Part shown: piece after piece, positions 3,361 through 5,834 of the stretch
Layout of the letters: each line of letters opens with the position of its first letter
How positions within the stretch are numbered: the first letter of the stretch is position 1
DNA from: a virus
IMG/VR virus record: IMGVR_UViG_3300045988_007363
Location: 1-5,834 of that record
DNA: 5,834 bases
Strand: one strand, 5' to 3'
The notes under the pieces: model-generated
Databases searched by the model: none
What the model saw: the letters and a program-made list of their open reading frames with translations, nothing else
Told to the model about the DNA's origin: nothing
Made by a program: the position numbers and the translations under genes

Positions 3361-5054
3361 ATCGAAACAATGAACGACACTTCAACCAAATTCCGGAAAT
3401 GAAAGCAAGCCGAACACGATTCAACCGTGACCAGACTATTCTCACAACGTTTGATGCTGGAAAACTGATTCCGTTTTACGTTGACGAAGTATTGCCGGGC
3501 GATACATTTAACGTGAACACGACAGCAATCATCCGAATGACGACACCGAAATTTCCGGTGATGGATGATGCATTCATCGACTTCTATTACTTCTATTGTC
3601 CAAATCGCATCCTATGGAAAAACTTTAAGCAGTTCATGGGAGAAGTAGAAAACAAACCCTGGATGCCAGAAAAAACGTACAAAGTACCAGAAATAAAAAT
3701 CGAAGGAACTGCAAATTCGGCAAAACCTCTCGAAAGAAGCATCCTAGACTACATGGGAGTGCCGACAAAAGTAAAAAGCACCTTCAAAATTAACGCATTG
3801 CCAATCAGAGCATATGTAATGATCTGGAACGAATTTTTCAGAGACGAAAATGTAGGAAATGCGGCAGTATGGAAAGATGATGACAGCGATGTAACATACA
3901 CCCAGAGCTACAATGAAAACTCAACCAACGCGGACAAAATGGAAAAAGAGCTAAGAGAAGCAATTACCGGCGGACTCTGTCTACCGGTAAACAAATTCCA
4001 CGACTACTTCTCAAGCTGTCTCCCCTATGCTCAACGTGGGCCGGCAGTGGCGCTACCAATGGAAGGTAATGCACCTATCAGATTGGGAAACACCAACGGA
4101 GAATACCAAGATTTCCGCGGACCATTAGAAATGGTAGTAGACGCACATGGAGCCAACACACCCGGTTCTCTGGTATACACAAATAGCACAGGAGCACCCG
4201 GTGAAAAGAAAACGATGCAGTTCACCGGAAAAGACAGAACAACCAACGAACTAGGCGGAGGGGGCTGGATGTATGCAGACATCAGCACAGTAACCGCAAC
4301 AACCATCAACGACCTGAGAAAAGCCGTAGCAGTGCAACAGTACTACGAGGCACTAGCACGAGGGGGTAGCAGATACCGCGAACAGGTACAAGCACTGTGG
4401 GATGTAGTAATCAGCGATAAAACCGTACAGGTGCCGGAATACCTAGGCGGTGGCAGATACCACGTAAATATTAACCAAATCGTACAGACAAGCGGACAGC
4501 AGACCAACACGGACACGCCTATTGGTGAAACTGGTGCAATGTCAGTAACGCCCATCAATGAAAGCAGTTTTACAAAATCTTTCGAGGAACACGGATTTGT
4601 AATCGGAGTATGTTGTGTACGACACAATCACAGTTACCAGCAAGGGCTTGAACGATTCTGGAGCCGAAACGACAGGCTTGACTACTACGTGCCTCAATTT
4701 GCAAACCTGGGAGAACAGCCGGTAAAAAAGAAAGAAATCATGCTCACTGGCACGGCAACAGATGAAGAAACCTTCGGATACCAAGAAGCATGGGCAGAAT
4801 ACAGAATGAAGCCAAACCGAGTATCTGGCCTGATGAGAAGCAACGCAGTCGGAACGTTAGACTTCTGGCACTATGCCGACAACTATTCAACCGTACCGAC
4901 ACTGTCGCAAGAGTGGATGGCAGAAGGAAAGAAAGAAATCGCAAGGACATTGATCGTGCAGAACGAGCCACAGTTTTTCGGCGCAATCCGAGTAGCAAAC
5001 AAAACCACAAGACGTATGCCGTTGTACAGCGTACCGGGCTTGTACAAACTGTAA
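3357..5054 (+). CDS. VP1: Major capsid protein VP1 (F-like jelly-roll capsid).
   Basis: The protein is 565 aa. The N-terminal FNQIPEMKASRTRFNRDQTILTTFDAGKLIPFYVDEVLPGDTF is the canonical gokushovirus VP1 signature. AAGGAGGA at 3343-3350 precedes GTG 3357 (GGAGG core 7 nt upstream), which overlaps the VP3 stop (GTGA). A downstream alternative ATG lies at 3399. Confidence 0.95.
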   Translation: MNRNNERHFNQIPEMKASRTRFNRDQTILTTFDAGKLIPFYVDEVLPGDTFNVNTTAIIRMTTPKFPVMDDAFIDFYYFYCPNRILWKNFKQFMGEVENKPWMPEKTYKVPEIKIEGTANSAKPLERSILDYMGVPTKVKSTFKINALPIRAYVMIWNEFFRDENVGNAAVWKDDDSDVTYTQSYNENSTNADKMEKELREAITGGLCLPVNKFHDYFSSCLPYAQRGPAVALPMEGNAPIRLGNTNGEYQDFRGPLEMVVDAHGANTPGSLVYTNSTGAPGEKKTMQFTGKDRTTNELGGGGWMYADISTVTATTINDLRKAVAVQQYYEALARGGSRYREQVQALWDVVISDKTVQVPEYLGGGRYHVNINQIVQTSGQQTNTDTPIGETGAMSVTPINESSFTKSFEEHGFVIGVCCVRHNHSYQQGLERFWSRNDRLDYYVPQFANLGEQPVKKKEIMLTGTATDEETFGYQEAWAEYRMKPNRVSGLMRSNAVGTLDFWHYADNYSTVPTLSQEWMAEGKKEIARTLIVQNEPQFFGAIRVANKTTRRMPLYSVPGLYKL

Positions 5055-5064
5055 GAAAGGAGGA

Positions 5065-5092
5065 AGCCCGGAGAAATCCGGGCTATTATTTT
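5065..5092 (+). terminator. Intrinsic terminator/attenuator-like hairpin between VP1 and VP2.
   Basis: A perfect 7-bp GC-rich stem pairs AGCCCGG (5065-5071) with CCGGGCT (5078-5084). The loop is AGAAAT and is followed by ATTATTTT. Confidence 0.5.
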
Positions 5093-5094
5093 AA

Positions 5095-5834
5095 ATGAAT
5101 GTATTATCAGGACTCTTAACAGGACTCAACGTAGCGGGAAACGTAGCAAACACGCTCAACACACTAACAAATACAGGAAAAAACATCGCGGGAATGTTCG
5201 GCGGCTGGGGACAAACCGGAAACAGCCAAAGCCAGGGCGGGAGCGTAAGCCAGGGAGGCGGGCACTCGGAAAGCGGAAGCCAATCCGGAACAAACATCCA
5301 ACAGGTAAATGACTGGCTTAAACAGGCATATGCATACCAAGGGCAAGAAGCCGCCATGCAAGGTAAATACAACAGTCAAAGTATGCTTAAACAGATGGGC
5401 TACAATACCTTACAAGCAATAATGCAAGGCGTATATAACCACATTGAAAACAGCGTAGCAATGAACTACAACAGTGCAGAAGCACTAGCAAACCGTGAAT
5501 GGCAAGAACACATGTCAAGCACCGCATACCAGCGTGCAGTTGAAGACATGAAAAAAGCGGGACTTAATCCAATCTTAGCCTTTTCAAACGGCGGAGCGAG
5601 CACGCCGGGCGGCTCAGCGGGAACAATCAGCGGTGCAAGTATGGGACTTGCAAGCAGCAGCGCACTAGGAGTAAGCAGAAGCAGCGGATTCGTACCGAAC
5701 GCATACGAAAGCACTAGCTGGTCGAAAAGCGACTGGTACAACGCCGCAGAAAGCTGGCAACAGATGCTCAGCACAACACATATGACACCCTACGGACTGA
5801 CAAAAGCATTAACAAAAATTGCAAGCGGCACAGA
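5095..5834 (+). CDS. VP2: Minor capsid / DNA pilot protein VP2, 5' part. The frame is open to the window end and continues at position 100 of the circle (287 aa in total).
   Basis: An in-frame TAA (5092-5094) immediately precedes ATG 5095, and no stop occurs through 5834. The hallmark NREWQEHMSSTAYQRAVEDMKKAGLNPILAF (5491-5583) is characteristic of gokushovirus VP2. There is a Gly/Ser/Gln-rich linker at 5218-5289. It is absent from the ORF track because it has no stop inside the window. Confidence 0.9.
   Translation, partial: MNVLSGLLTGLNVAGNVANTLNTLTNTGKNIAGMFGGWGQTGNSQSQGGSVSQGGGHSESGSQSGTNIQQVNDWLKQAYAYQGQEAAMQGKYNSQSMLKQMGYNTLQAIMQGVYNHIENSVAMNYNSAEALANREWQEHMSSTAYQRAVEDMKKAGLNPILAFSNGGASTPGGSAGTISGASMGLASSSALGVSRSSGFVPNAYESTSWSKSDWYNAAESWQQMLSTTHMTPYGLTKALTKIASGT
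5736..5834. repeat. Terminal redundancy, right copy, identical to 1-99.
   Basis: See the left copy. All 99 nt are identical. Confidence 0.95.

Noticed and set aside
5218-5289. The Gly/Ser/Gln low-complexity segment of VP2 (GNSQSQGGSVSQGGGHSESGSQSG) as a repeat element.
   Set aside because: It is an imperfect compositional bias at the protein level. This is typical of flexible linkers in pilot proteins, and there is no nucleotide-level tandem repeat.

Overview
This window is a complete, circularly permuted genome of a small ssDNA phage of the family Microviridae (gokushovirus-like). Bases 1-99 recur exactly at 5736-5834, so the unit circle is 5,735 nt. All credible genes are on the + strand, which is visibly A-rich and T-poor. 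They form one tightly packed, largely translationally coupled train:
- M15-family zinc peptidase, 1860-2252
- two small unknown ORFs, 2254-2367 and 2380-2607
- a 40-aa Arg/Lys-rich VP8/J-like DNA-binding protein, 2591-2713
- a VP5-like protein, 2730-2969
- internal scaffold VP3, 2962-3360
- major capsid VP1, 3357-5054
- pilot/minor capsid VP2, from 5095 across the circular junction to 223
- HUH replication initiator VP4, 220-1239

The remaining ~620 nt (1240-1859, about 11% of the genome) has no convincing gene and is densely structured. It holds a 14-bp perfect hairpin just after VP4, an 85% GC island of alternating purine/pyrimidine palindromes, an array of about 10 same-orientation TGTTGAAA repeats in two clusters, further short direct repeats, and a near-consensus sigma70-type promoter in front of the peptidase gene.

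The structural and replication core is a recognisable family. The parts I cannot explain from known microvirus biology are the repeat-laden control region and the accessory module of peptidase plus two small ORFs. I had no search tools, so family assignments rest on motifs I recognise and novelty is unverified.
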